Origin: Amoeboaphelidium occidentale
Taxonomy: Eukaryota
NCBI GenBank assembly: GCA_023515795.1
Contig: JALGPX010000033.1
Span: forward strand, 62,001-82,625
Reading direction: 5' to 3'
DNA length: 20,625 nucleotides
Within the stretch, counting starts at the first letter, position 1; every line of letters starts with the position of its first letter. The position numbers and the translations under genes are program-made. A model generated the notes under the pieces. The model had not been told where the DNA came from. It made no database searches and saw only the letters and a program-made list of their open reading frames with translations. Positions 9,969 to 19,510 of this stretch are shown here, piece after piece.

Positions 9969-10922
9969 ATGGATAATAACGAATTACGTGAAGAGAATTT
10001 GCCCGTTACGATGATTGTCATTGGAATGGCTGGTTCCGGAAAGACTACGATGATGAAGCGCCTGTGCTCAGAGATTAACAAATCGAATAAGAAGAGTTAT
10101 GTTATCAATCTTGATCCTGCAGTTCTTGACGTTAATTATCCAGCCAATATTGATATCAGAGACACAGTTGATTATCGCGCTGTTATGGATGAGTATCAGC
10201 TGGGCCCTAATGGTGGTATTATGACAACGCTGAATCTGTTCACGACAAAATTCGGTAAAGTTCTTGATTATATCGACAAGCGCGTGCATGGCGTAACAGG
10301 CGATGGTGATGCAGAAGAGGTCGAAGTATCTGCCACTGGGAAGAATCTTGACTACGTTTTGCTCGATACTCCGGGACAAATCGAAATATTCACGTGGTCA
10401 GCTTCTGGACAAATTATTACAGAAAGTCTTGCCGCTGAGTATCCGACAGTCATTGTCTATGTTATCGATTCCACTAAGGCATCTTCTCCATCGACGTTTA
10501 TTTCAAATATGCTTTATGCATGCTCTATTCTGTACAAGTCAAAGTTACCGTTTGTCGTCGCTCTAAACAAATCTGATGAATGCGACACTGAGAAGATACT
10601 GAGCTGGATTAGAGATTTTGAAAAGTTTCACGAAGCTGCACAAGAAGATACTTCTTTTATGGGAAGTTTGATAACGAGTATGAGCTTGGTTTTGGATGAA
10701 TTTTATAATCATTTGCGTGTTGTTAGCTGTTCTGCATTGACAGGAGTAGGAATGGATGATTTCTTCAAAGCTGTTGATGAAGCGGCTAAAGAATATGAAG
10801 AAGAGTACAAGCCAGATCTTCAACTGAAAATGAAGAAGAGGGAGGAGGCTGATAAACAAAGGCAAGAGGAAAACTTGGAACGATTGATCAAAGATCTAAA
10901 CGTCGACGATTCAGAGAGATAA
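9969..10922 (+). CDS. GPN1: GPN-loop GTPase 1 (Npa3/XAB1), RNA polymerase II assembly factor
   Basis: Single exon with GMAGSGKTT, INLDPAV, IDIRDTVDY, LGPNGGIMTTLNLF, DTPGQIEIFTWSASG and SNMLYACSILYK. Confidence 0.96.
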   Translation: MDNNELREENLPVTMIVIGMAGSGKTTMMKRLCSEINKSNKKSYVINLDPAVLDVNYPANIDIRDTVDYRAVMDEYQLGPNGGIMTTLNLFTTKFGKVLDYIDKRVHGVTGDGDAEEVEVSATGKNLDYVLLDTPGQIEIFTWSASGQIITESLAAEYPTVIVYVIDSTKASSPSTFISNMLYACSILYKSKLPFVVALNKSDECDTEKILSWIRDFEKFHEAAQEDTSFMGSLITSMSLVLDEFYNHLRVVSCSALTGVGMDDFFKAVDEAAKEYEEEYKPDLQLKMKKREEADKQRQEENLERLIKDLNVDDSER

Positions 10923-10967
10923 ACAATAGAATTTATTATTCATTAAGTTTTATTCAAGATTTTTTGA

Positions 10968-12625
10968 TTAGAAGAAGCTACTTTGCTGTTGCTGCTGTTG
11001 TTGTCCAAAAGGATTTACTTGTACTTGACCAAAAGGGTTGTTAACAACTTGACCTCCGAAAGGCTGGTTTCCAAAGACGTTTTGCTGCTGGAAAGGCATT
11101 TGTGACTGTTGCGCAGCTCTTGGAGCAAATGGATTCTGTTGAGGTTGTTGCATAGGAGTCGCAAATTGTTGGCCACCATAGAAATTCTGTTGTGTGAAAG
11201 GAACTTGTTGTCCAAAAACAGAATTTTGACCAGAAAAGGGATTATAGGTTTGCTAAATAAATTTAGAAAGGAAATTTGTAAAAATCTTACATGTTGTTGA
11301 GGCTGTGTTTGAAATGGATTAGCAACTTGAGGTGCGAAAGCATTCTGTACATTGTTTTGCAAAGGAGTTGAATTAAATAGAGCCAATATATCATCCTTTT
11401 TCTTGCTAACTTTAACGGCATTCTCAGATTCAGAAAATACGCCAGTTAATCCAGCTAGAGGTCCGACACTCTCTTTGCGTGCAGCAGATGCAGACACAGC
11501 AACAAATGCAGGCTTTGCATCAAATGAGAATACATCAGCGAGTTCATCTCTTGATTTATACACAGGTGGTGCGGTGCTTATTTGCTGTTGCATTCTTGAC
11601 TGTTGAGATGTAACAGGTGGCTCAATACCAAAAGCGGAATTGTTTGAACTAACCATTGAAAAGAAGTCGTTTTGAGGAGCAGATGCCTGCTGAGTTTGCT
11701 GAGAGAAGGCTCCCTGTGACTGCTGGGAAAATCCAGCCTGAGCTTGCTGAGGGAAGCTTGCGTGGGATTGTTGAACAGATGCAGTTTGGCCATTGAAGGC
11801 TCCAAAGAAATCCTGATTTGCTTCCTTTCCTTGTGATATTGGCGGAAGTGAAGAAGGAATAAACGTGAAATTGTTTTGAGTTGGAGAAGGAGGACCACCT
11901 TCGGAGGAGATTGAGGGTTGTCTGATTCCTCCATTAAATCTTACCACAGGCTCATCACTAATAGATCCACGTGGAGTAGTTAGGGCTGATGTCACTTTTG
12001 CACCAGGTTGTGTGGTAAGCCATTCACTTGCTTTTAGAATGTTCCCAGAAAACATCTTCAATGCGTATAGCGACATATCTTGGTTGATGTATCCCATGTC
12101 TTTTAATCTCCATAATTCAAGATGATACTTTTCAAGAAGCTTAGGATCTTCGTTAACAACAGCTCCGATCTTGAATTTGCTTTTACATGTAATTGGATTC
12201 ATAAATGCTTTCTTTTCATACTTTTCGCGAATGAACACCTCCATATCATTATCATTCTTTGATGGAATCAAATAAAGTTCTGGATTTGGAATATAATATG
12301 CATTTGCTTTCTGATTACCCCATTCCCTCATGACCTTGATCTGATCTGCGTTCCAACTATCCAATGTCGTTGACTTAATTCTTGTGATATGCGTTCCTAT
12401 TCTTCTGTGCAAACCACCACATCTGATACACAGGAATACACCAAGATTGAAGGATGCCCAACGTGTACCTAAGCAGATTATTAGTTGAAACAGTCAAGTG
12501 CAGGATTTACTTTTGGCCCCACAATCAGCGCACAACTTGTTCGAGGGAAGAGTTAAGAGTTCTTGTAACTCTCTTTCGTATTGTTGCTTGCCCTTTTCTC
12601 TTTGACTTAGAGAGTCCGATGACAT
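10968..12625 (-). CDS. ArfGAP with UBA domain and NPF-repeat tail (Gts1/SMAP-like endocytic adaptor; 3 exons)
   Basis: Exons 12625-12511, 12468-11291 and 11252-10968. ArfGAP zinc finger [35 protein letters not shown], UBA-like LKDMGY...ALKMFSGNILKASEWL, KDDILALF, and five NPF motifs in the Q/F-rich C-terminus. Confidence 0.92.
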
Positions 12626-12827
12626 TTTACACACTAGTTGGAACCGTAGCAAAGTTCAATGATGATTCTGATCATATCCAATCAAACTGTCTCAATTTTT
12701 GATGTCATCACGCTTGAGTGCAGCCAGGCAATGAAGTTATTGCCAGAGGTTACGAAAAGCTGTCAGAGATATTCCATTAGCTCTGTTTCAACACACTGCA
12801 TATCTTTTTGACATGGTTAAAATCAAT

Positions 12828-14489
12828 CTATTCAACAATGTCACTGACACATGCCATTTTGAAAACCTTCAAATTTAACGTTTTTAACGCTTTAAGAATA
12901 TCAGCAGCAGAAAGAGCGGATTTAACAACACCACTAGTAGTAGAGGCATGGGTTTGTGAAATCTCGGCAGTGTGCTTTATAGGAACAACGTCATCCATGT
13001 CTTGATGTGAAGTCCCAACAATATTGAAACGATGTTCTAATGGTGGACTGGTAGGTAATGATTCAAAATCGACTGTCTTTCCCACAGTTTCAAAAATTCG
13101 TAATATGACTTCATCAATAGGAACTTCCATGTTCGTTTTGGCATTGTTAACAAAAGCAACCTGTAACAACTGAACTGCAGTTTTCAACTCAGCAGCTGTA
13201 ATCCTCCCAATTTTGTTTGCATTAGACTCACGGAAATCATAAGGATCTTTTTGCTGTGCGACGTATTTATCAATATTCCCAATATCTGAAGAACCAATAT
13301 CTTTCCCAATGCAGTCAAATATATCAATAATAAAACGGTCTAATTGTTGTTCATAAACAAATTGTCCCTCTCCAAGAGATCCAGATTCTTCTGAAAAGGG
13401 CACACTATCATCAGCATCAAAAGTAGGCGTCTGTTTGCCTCCGTGTGATGTTTGTCTTAGTTTATACCTTCGAAGATTCTGTGTGTAGTCGCGAATTTTA
13501 GATAAAGTTGAATTTAAAGGCCAACCTTCTAATCGAAGTACAACAGCTGTTGCATTATCATCAGTACCATATCGATCAGCTATATCAATTATCACATTCG
13601 CGGCAGAATTAGGGTCTAAACAATGTTTGACAACATCAACGATTTCCTGATTACTCATCACAGAAGTAACACCATCGGAAACAATAACAAGAAATGCATG
13701 GTGGTGTTCCAGAACTTTAGTTGTGATGAATGGCTCCGGTGTGATGACATTATTTTGCATACGTTTCAACTTAGGAACTCCGATACTTCTCGTGCAAGCC
13801 AGCATTCCCATAACAGCCATCTGCCCAAAAGAATCTAAAGATATGTTCCCGCCTTGACCGATTATTCGTTCTTTTTCTTCTCTGACAGATGGTCGATGAT
13901 CTGGTGTCAATTGTATCGCTTTACCGTCCAAGTTTGAACAAAGTAGAATTCTGCAGTCTCCAACATGAGCGATCGTTAAAAGCTCTCCAGCGGAAACATT
14001 TTCAAAAACTGGTAAAGGCTGAACGACGGCGACAGAAGCAGTGGAACCGGCCACGCTGTCCTGCGACAAAGTTTTCAACATTTCTTCCTCCGCTCCCAAC
14101 ACAGCACTCTTCAAAACTTTTTCCGTAAGAACTTTTCGCTTCTCAATTGCCTTTACGTATGACTCATCTTTCTCAGGTTCTAAAGAATTCGCTTCGCTGT
14201 GTGTCTCAACGAGGCCATGCAATTTTGCTGATAAATATTCTGACACGGCTTGTCCTCCATGCCTTCACAAAATTAACAACATCTATATGATATGCATTTA
14301 CCCGTCGAAAACTGCACAATAAATAGCGTTGGTGTGTCCCAAATTGACGATTCCTCTGTAGAATCGATCTTCGTTTTGCTTGCGAACTCCTCTAATTGAG
14401 CATGCCCCGACTAAATTATGCGATTCTTCTAATTTCAGACGCAAACGTGCGTTGCTCAGCAGCCTGGACGCAGCAAAAGTTCTCAACAT
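12828..14489 (-). CDS. PTC6: PP2C/PPM protein phosphatase, Ptc6-like, probably mitochondrial (2 exons)
   Basis: A 39-nt intron (14301-14263) splits VFDG|HGG. Motifs RKQNEDR, GSTA, AHVGDCRILLC, DSFG, VSDGV and DDNAT...RLEGW. The Arg-rich N-terminus MLRTFAASRLLSNARLRL resembles a mitochondrial presequence. Ptc6 orthology is an inference. Confidence 0.85.
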
Positions 14490-14568
14490 GCAAAACGCTG
14501 CGAAGCTGCTTTTGTGATTTCTCAAACAAAAAAAGATTTGAAACGCAAAACAAAATACTATTTATTCT

Positions 14569-15477
14569 TCACTTTCCGGAACATTCACATGCCTCAACTG
14601 CCTTTACAGGTAAATATCCAGTTTGAAGCTGGAAATTTCTGTTACAATTACGACGATAGACAGAGAATATCTGTACTACAGCAAGAGTGATCAATGATGA
14701 AATGAATGCGACAACGCCACAAGCAAACGCCATCTCATGACTTATCATAAAATATCTGCGTGGAGGCTGATAACCATAAGAGCATCTGGCCTTGTCCGCA
14801 TCAGGTCCATCTGATACGCAATATTCATAAGGCATTGGGACCGGGATGGGTTCTTCGATCATATAACCTCCATTTCCAGGTGAAACCACGCCATTCCTAA
14901 CTGATACGACAGTCCTCAAGTAGTATTCCTTAATAGCATCTTTAGTATCACAACCATCGGGGAAAACTATTTCAGCTGCTAGTGGGGCACACTTGGCATT
15001 GAAAGTGCTCTCAGCTATATCACGCTCAGGTGTTGCTAAACATTCTGAGACTTTGATCCAAGATGAAGTGTCAACATCAGGTCTGGATTCCCATCCTGGA
15101 ACCAACATTAAAGAAGACTTTACTGCTAACCAAGAACCATCGTCAACAGTTACTTTCACAGGAACACCATCAACAAATACAGATGCTATTACACCTCTTG
15201 GAGCACCAGGATTAAAGTTAGGTGCAGCTATTGCTAAAACATGATCTCCATCAGGAACATCATCAAATTGATAAGATACTACTCTTCCTACACCACCACG
15301 ATCATGTTGGGCAACCTTGCGTGCATGATCAGAGTGATCACGGAAACCTCTGGTTAGAGTGTCTGGTTTTCTACCAGCAAACAGAACCATAGGACGACCA
15401 GTGGTAGCCAGATCAACTTGAACCTTGGCAGCGGAAGCTAAACCACAGAGGGCTAAAGCTAATAAGGAAACTTTCAT
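14569..15477 (-). CDS. Type I membrane protein with a lectin-like (CBM67/galactose-binding-like) ectodomain
   Basis: Signal peptide MKVSLLALALCGLASA; motifs HVLAIAAPN...GVIASV...DGSW...GWESRPDVDTSSW reminiscent of fungal CBM67-like lectins; C-terminal TM helix MAFACGVVAFISSLITLAVVQIF followed by YRR. Confidence 0.65.
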   Translation of the reverse strand: MKVSLLALALCGLASAAKVQVDLATTGRPMVLFAGRKPDTLTRGFRDHSDHARKVAQHDRGGVGRVVSYQFDDVPDGDHVLAIAAPNFNPGAPRGVIASVFVDGVPVKVTVDDGSWLAVKSSLMLVPGWESRPDVDTSSWIKVSECLATPERDIAESTFNAKCAPLAAEIVFPDGCDTKDAIKEYYLRTVVSVRNGVVSPGNGGYMIEEPIPVPMPYEYCVSDGPDADKARCSYGYQPPRRYFMISHEMAFACGVVAFISSLITLAVVQIFSVYRRNCNRNFQLQTGYLPVKAVEACECSGK

Positions 15478-15698
15478 TCTGGAATGTAAAAAACTTTCGA
15501 AGTGCGTCTTGTTTATTGACTAAGTTGAAACTGTCCAATCTTTGATAAACGAGTGACAACTATGATCTCGTCTGAAAAGCTTTAGTGATCTTTTTTTCTG
15601 CATAGACTTTGTACATGCCGCCACATGATTCTGTACTTTTCTAATTAGAACCTGTAGAGCTCGCAGTTACAGTTGATACAGGCTTGTCTCCAACGCGA

Positions 15699-18600
15699 TT
15701 AGCCAGATAGATTTGGAAGCACATTCCTGGGTACAATACTGTCCCATACTATTACGTTCACCTCATGTAAGTTTGTGTAATATTTGTACTTCTTGTCATA
15801 ATCAGATAAATCATGAATAAATTTCTTTCTTAACAATTGAAAGTCCGGCTCAGCTATCTTTTTGATCTCATAAGTTGTGCCAAGATTTCCGACTAATACA
15901 AGTGATACTTTGCCATTCTTTTTTGACCGTCGGAGTATATGGACTGACGTAATTTCTTCCCCGAGGTAGAAGACGAGGAGTCTCTTGTAATTAAGTAAAT
16001 CGAATAAATGAATGTGACCATTATAATCATAAGAAAGTGTATACTGAGAATCAATAACTTGTAAACCTACCGTATAACATAATTGACCCTGAGAATAGAT
16101 GAAATTGAAGGTGCTATCCTGAATATCTACTTTTGACAAGCCGCCGCCAAATTCTCCAACGTACAAAAAAGCATCCGTATCGCTAAACGACAAACTCGTG
16201 ACAGGATATCTCATCTTCTTTTCATTAATCTGGGTCATATTATCGGTATCAAGTAATACTAAAGAATTAAGCGTGAAGCCATCAGTAATTCTTCGTCTTG
16301 CAAGAATAACTCGATTTCCTTTGGAGCAGAACAGGAAACAATCTTCAATACTGCATTGTTTCTCTGTTCGCATAATAATATCAATATCGACCAATAAGAA
16401 CCTCTTATTAGTCAGAACGTAGATAACGTCGCTTGAAACGTCTGAATTCTGTATCTCCAATACTTTCTCTTGATCAGAAAGACCGAGGTCCATTTCAGAA
16501 GAAATTTCATATGTCATGGAATCAACCACGTAGAGTTTACTAATGTCCGCAATCATCAGTTGATTCTTGTCTTGAAAAATTCTGCTGCACATGGCGTTTG
16601 CGTCTTTGATAGTTTCCACACGCCGAACAACGTAATCGGACTGACTTTTTTGAGGAAGCGCGATGAAAACTAAATCATTAGTGTCAAGAATCGCAGCAAT
16701 CTTAAAACTAGAGGAGCCAAAACAGCATACTGATACAGAACTCTTGAAGTCTGGCAGAACAAGCTCTTTAAGGCTTATGACTTTCTTTGAAACTGGATTG
16801 AAATCAAGGATCCATGTTTTATCGCTTTGTAATATCCATCGACCACTTACAGGAGATCCTTGAACTTTTACCGGCAGCACACCTAAATTTGATTGTTCCC
16901 AAACAAGCTGGACTTTGTTATCCTTCAATTCGTATATACGCAAAGAACCATCTCGGAACCCCACCATAAACGTGCTGGCGCCTGCAAAACAAACAGATTC
17001 AGCAAGTACATCTAAGTTCAAACAATCCAACAGATTCGGTTCATCACTGGCACTGTAAAATAGAAAAGATCCATCAAAGGTTGCAGCCACGATGAAGTTG
17101 TCGCACATACACAGTACAGTGATATCGCTTTGAATATTCGTTACAGTTACTTTTGAAAATGCATTCACAGAACGCCAATACTTGAATACCTCTCTAGATT
17201 TTGATGCGATGAAAACAAGGTCTCCATTGAAACAACAGCAAACTGCATTCTCTAGGCTTGTTATAGAACTCACTTTCAATTCACTCATTTCATAGCTAAA
17301 ATATATCAACGCTTTCTCAAAACATATGACAAGCTCTTCATTAAACGAGTGAACACCAAGAATAGAACCATAATCCACATCCGAAGGGCACTGGACGTTT
17401 TGTAAATCTCCATCACTTTCCACTTTTAGAACAACAAATCCTCCTTCAATCAGCGACATGACCAGGATATTTTCACAATGAAGGTTGATATTGAAAACAG
17501 CATTTATGCCCTCAAAAGGCAGAGAACATTGTGATTCAATCTTGGCGTCTAATCCTTTGTTCATTTCGTAGAAAATACTGTTTCTAGATAGATAAAGCAT
17601 GGTCTTTTCATGAGAGCTTTCGCTGGATGTTTCTATGACTGAGGATACACAGGACAATGCATTGTTCGTAGAGACCAGTTCCGTTCGCTTAGCTTCATCC
17701 AGTCTCCAAGACGCTATCAAAGAAGATTGATAATCAGAATAAAGCAACTCAGACTCAGATATCATTGAAACAAAATCTACTCTGTCTAAATTTCCCGCGA
17801 CCTGTCCAAACTTCTCAAAATCTAGAAGAACAAGTTGACCACTACCAGATAAAGCATAATTTGCAGTCAAGACAGAAACAATTTCGACACTCAAGTCTCT
17901 GCGCCTTCTTACGTTTATACAACGAGCATCCTTCTCTGGTACGTAATTAGACCTCAGTACTTCCTCCACTTCAATCTCCAAACAACACTTATTAAACAGA
18001 ACCCTCAAATAATCATTAGAGTCAGTCAATGATAAGCCTAAAATATTTGTTCCAAAGTCTGGAGATATATCTTGAACAGAAAAATAGAACGGTCCCAAGA
18101 CTTTACACATCTGATCACAGCGTTTTGAAACTTCAACAACCATCAAACCGCGCTTATCCATTTGACTTCCGGAAGCAACAGTGAAAATCAGTTTACCATC
18201 AAATGGGCCAGTTGGCCTTAAGCGATACACTTCAATCAACGCAACATTAGACAACGAAACACAGGAAATGCTTGCAGTTTTATAAATGATATTCTCCGAT
18301 AAGGAAACTTTATATGCCAAAATATCATTCCGTAGAAGCCCATGTAACACTACGACAGGATCTTGACCAGTTGAAACAAGTAAAAGTTTAGGATTGATTA
18401 GCTCCTTGTCCAGGTTTAATGGCAGCGAGTAAACCACTTCAACTCCATCATGACGAAGCACATCAATGGAAACTAACAGGAGGTATTTCTTACAAAGAAC
18501 CAAGATGTGCTTCGGTGAAATTACAATAATCGATTGAATCTGCACCAACAAATCCTTCTGGGCAACAATGTCCAAAGCTTCCAGAGAGCACACAAATAAT

Positions 18601-18704
18601 TCTGTCATAGATGTCATTATGAAACGCTCTTTATCCAATGGAGCTGCGCACGTTGGTAATCTCCCAGGAACTTTTAATTTTTCTATTACGAATTTCACAG
18701 TCAT
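15699..18704 (-). CDS. Divergent multi-beta-propeller protein, DDB1/RSE1/CPSF160/Mms1-like
   Basis: 1001-aa intronless ORF, rich in beta-strands, with WD-like blades (IQSDITVLC, FIVAATFDGS, FMVGFRDGSLRIYEL, LGVLPVKV, YPVTSL...LYVGE) and the family-like end LGEEITS...LVGNLGT. The gene is secure; the family assignment is inferred. Confidence 0.6.
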   Translation of the reverse strand: MTVKFVIEKLKVPGRLPTCAAPLDKERFIMTSMTELFVCSLEALDIVAQKDLLVQIQSIIVISPKHILVLCKKYLLLVSIDVLRHDGVEVVYSLPLNLDKELINPKLLLVSTGQDPVVVLHGLLRNDILAYKVSLSENIIYKTASISCVSLSNVALIEVYRLRPTGPFDGKLIFTVASGSQMDKRGLMVVEVSKRCDQMCKVLGPFYFSVQDISPDFGTNILGLSLTDSNDYLRVLFNKCCLEIEVEEVLRSNYVPEKDARCINVRRRRDLSVEIVSVLTANYALSGSGQLVLLDFEKFGQVAGNLDRVDFVSMISESELLYSDYQSSLIASWRLDEAKRTELVSTNNALSCVSSVIETSSESSHEKTMLYLSRNSIFYEMNKGLDAKIESQCSLPFEGINAVFNINLHCENILVMSLIEGGFVVLKVESDGDLQNVQCPSDVDYGSILGVHSFNEELVICFEKALIYFSYEMSELKVSSITSLENAVCCCFNGDLVFIASKSREVFKYWRSVNAFSKVTVTNIQSDITVLCMCDNFIVAATFDGSFLFYSASDEPNLLDCLNLDVLAESVCFAGASTFMVGFRDGSLRIYELKDNKVQLVWEQSNLGVLPVKVQGSPVSGRWILQSDKTWILDFNPVSKKVISLKELVLPDFKSSVSVCCFGSSSFKIAAILDTNDLVFIALPQKSQSDYVVRRVETIKDANAMCSRIFQDKNQLMIADISKLYVVDSMTYEISSEMDLGLSDQEKVLEIQNSDVSSDVIYVLTNKRFLLVDIDIIMRTEKQCSIEDCFLFCSKGNRVILARRRITDGFTLNSLVLLDTDNMTQINEKKMRYPVTSLSFSDTDAFLYVGEFGGGLSKVDIQDSTFNFIYSQGQLCYTVGLQVIDSQYTLSYDYNGHIHLFDLLNYKRLLVFYLGEEITSVHILRRSKKNGKVSLVLVGNLGTTYEIKKIAEPDFQLLRKKFIHDLSDYDKKYKYYTNLHEVNVIVWDSIVPRNVLPNLSG

Positions 18705-18921
18705 GTTTGGAAGAAGCCAATCGAGAAGGATTATCGCGTGTTGGCTTACACAGAAGGTGCTTGTCTGTTTGGGCCGCGAACAGAATCCAGAACTGTTATA
18801 GTCTGCTCAAGGACCAGACTGTAAACATTTGGTTATCGACGGTAAAGTTTACCGGGTAAACCAATCAACGATTGCCGCATACATTGCTCCTAATCACTTG
18901 ACTCATCCGTTTTCTCTATCG

Positions 18922-19510
18922 CTGACGACAACGAACAATTCAGAGAGAATATACTTGAAATTTCATTCCACCTGGCCCATTGAAATCGACGAGACCAGTC
19001 TTCCTGAACGTTGCCAAACAGTTGCTGGATTGAAGAAGGTTGTTAAGGAAGCGTTTCCGTTGAAATTGGATGGTTATGGGGAAGTAGATTTTTCCTTGTT
19101 CAGTCCAGATGGTGAGAAGTTGGAGGAAGATCTGTTATTGAATAGGCTGCCTGAAACATCTAGTCGGGAGCCGCTAAGAGTTGTCATTAGGGGGCGATTC
19201 ACAGGTTTGAAATCATTTCTTGAGTTTGCTAATGGTTTAAAGGTTTGAGATTGCGCGCAGTATTAGCTAATGTTTAGTCGCTTTTGCCTGGTCCGATTCA
19301 TCTTCTTTGTCGTCCCGGCGTTCATCTGTTACGTCTTCGCTGTATAATTCGGCGTCAGTCAACAGCTCAATTCCGTCCTCGTCGGAGCCTTCGCCGGAGG
19401 AGTCTGCAGCATCATCTCCCTTATATTTACAAAATACCCCAACAAAATCCAACAATCAATTGAAGTCTTTATCGAGTGATGTTCGACGGCGAAAACCAGG
19501 GAATGCATAG
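18922..19510 (+). pseudogene. Crinkler (CRN)-like N-terminal ubiquitin-like domain followed by a Ser-rich tail; no ATG and no effector domain (pseudogene or non-AUG start)
   Basis: RIYLKF...CQTVAGLKKVVKEAFPLKLD...FSLFSPDGEKLEED...TSSREPLRVV resembles CRN header domains of early-diverging fungi. Removing 19205-19277 joins it in frame to ORF 19307-19510. There is no in-frame ATG upstream of the domain, so the start coordinate is approximate. Confidence 0.5.
19205..19277 (+). other. Two abutting intron-like units (19205-19242 and 19243-19277)
   Basis: Each unit has AG|GTTTGA...GCTAATG...AG and a length within the window's intron range (38 and 35 nt). Confidence 0.6.

Noticed and set aside
10984..11003. 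CAA/CAG repeat
   Set aside because: Ordinary short polyglutamine coding run in the ArfGAP tail.
11015..11290. C-terminal VRFLQISF...LVKYK of the 465-aa ORF
   Set aside because: Read-through of intron 11290-11253; splicing gives the NPF-rich frame ending at 10968.
12694..12801. Sm-like AATTTTTGA and short hairpins (GGCAAT/ATTGCC, CAGAG/CTCTG) forming a rough cloverleaf
   Set aside because: The stems are only 5-7 bp, with no tRNA T-loop or snRNA signature, so chance is a sufficient explanation.
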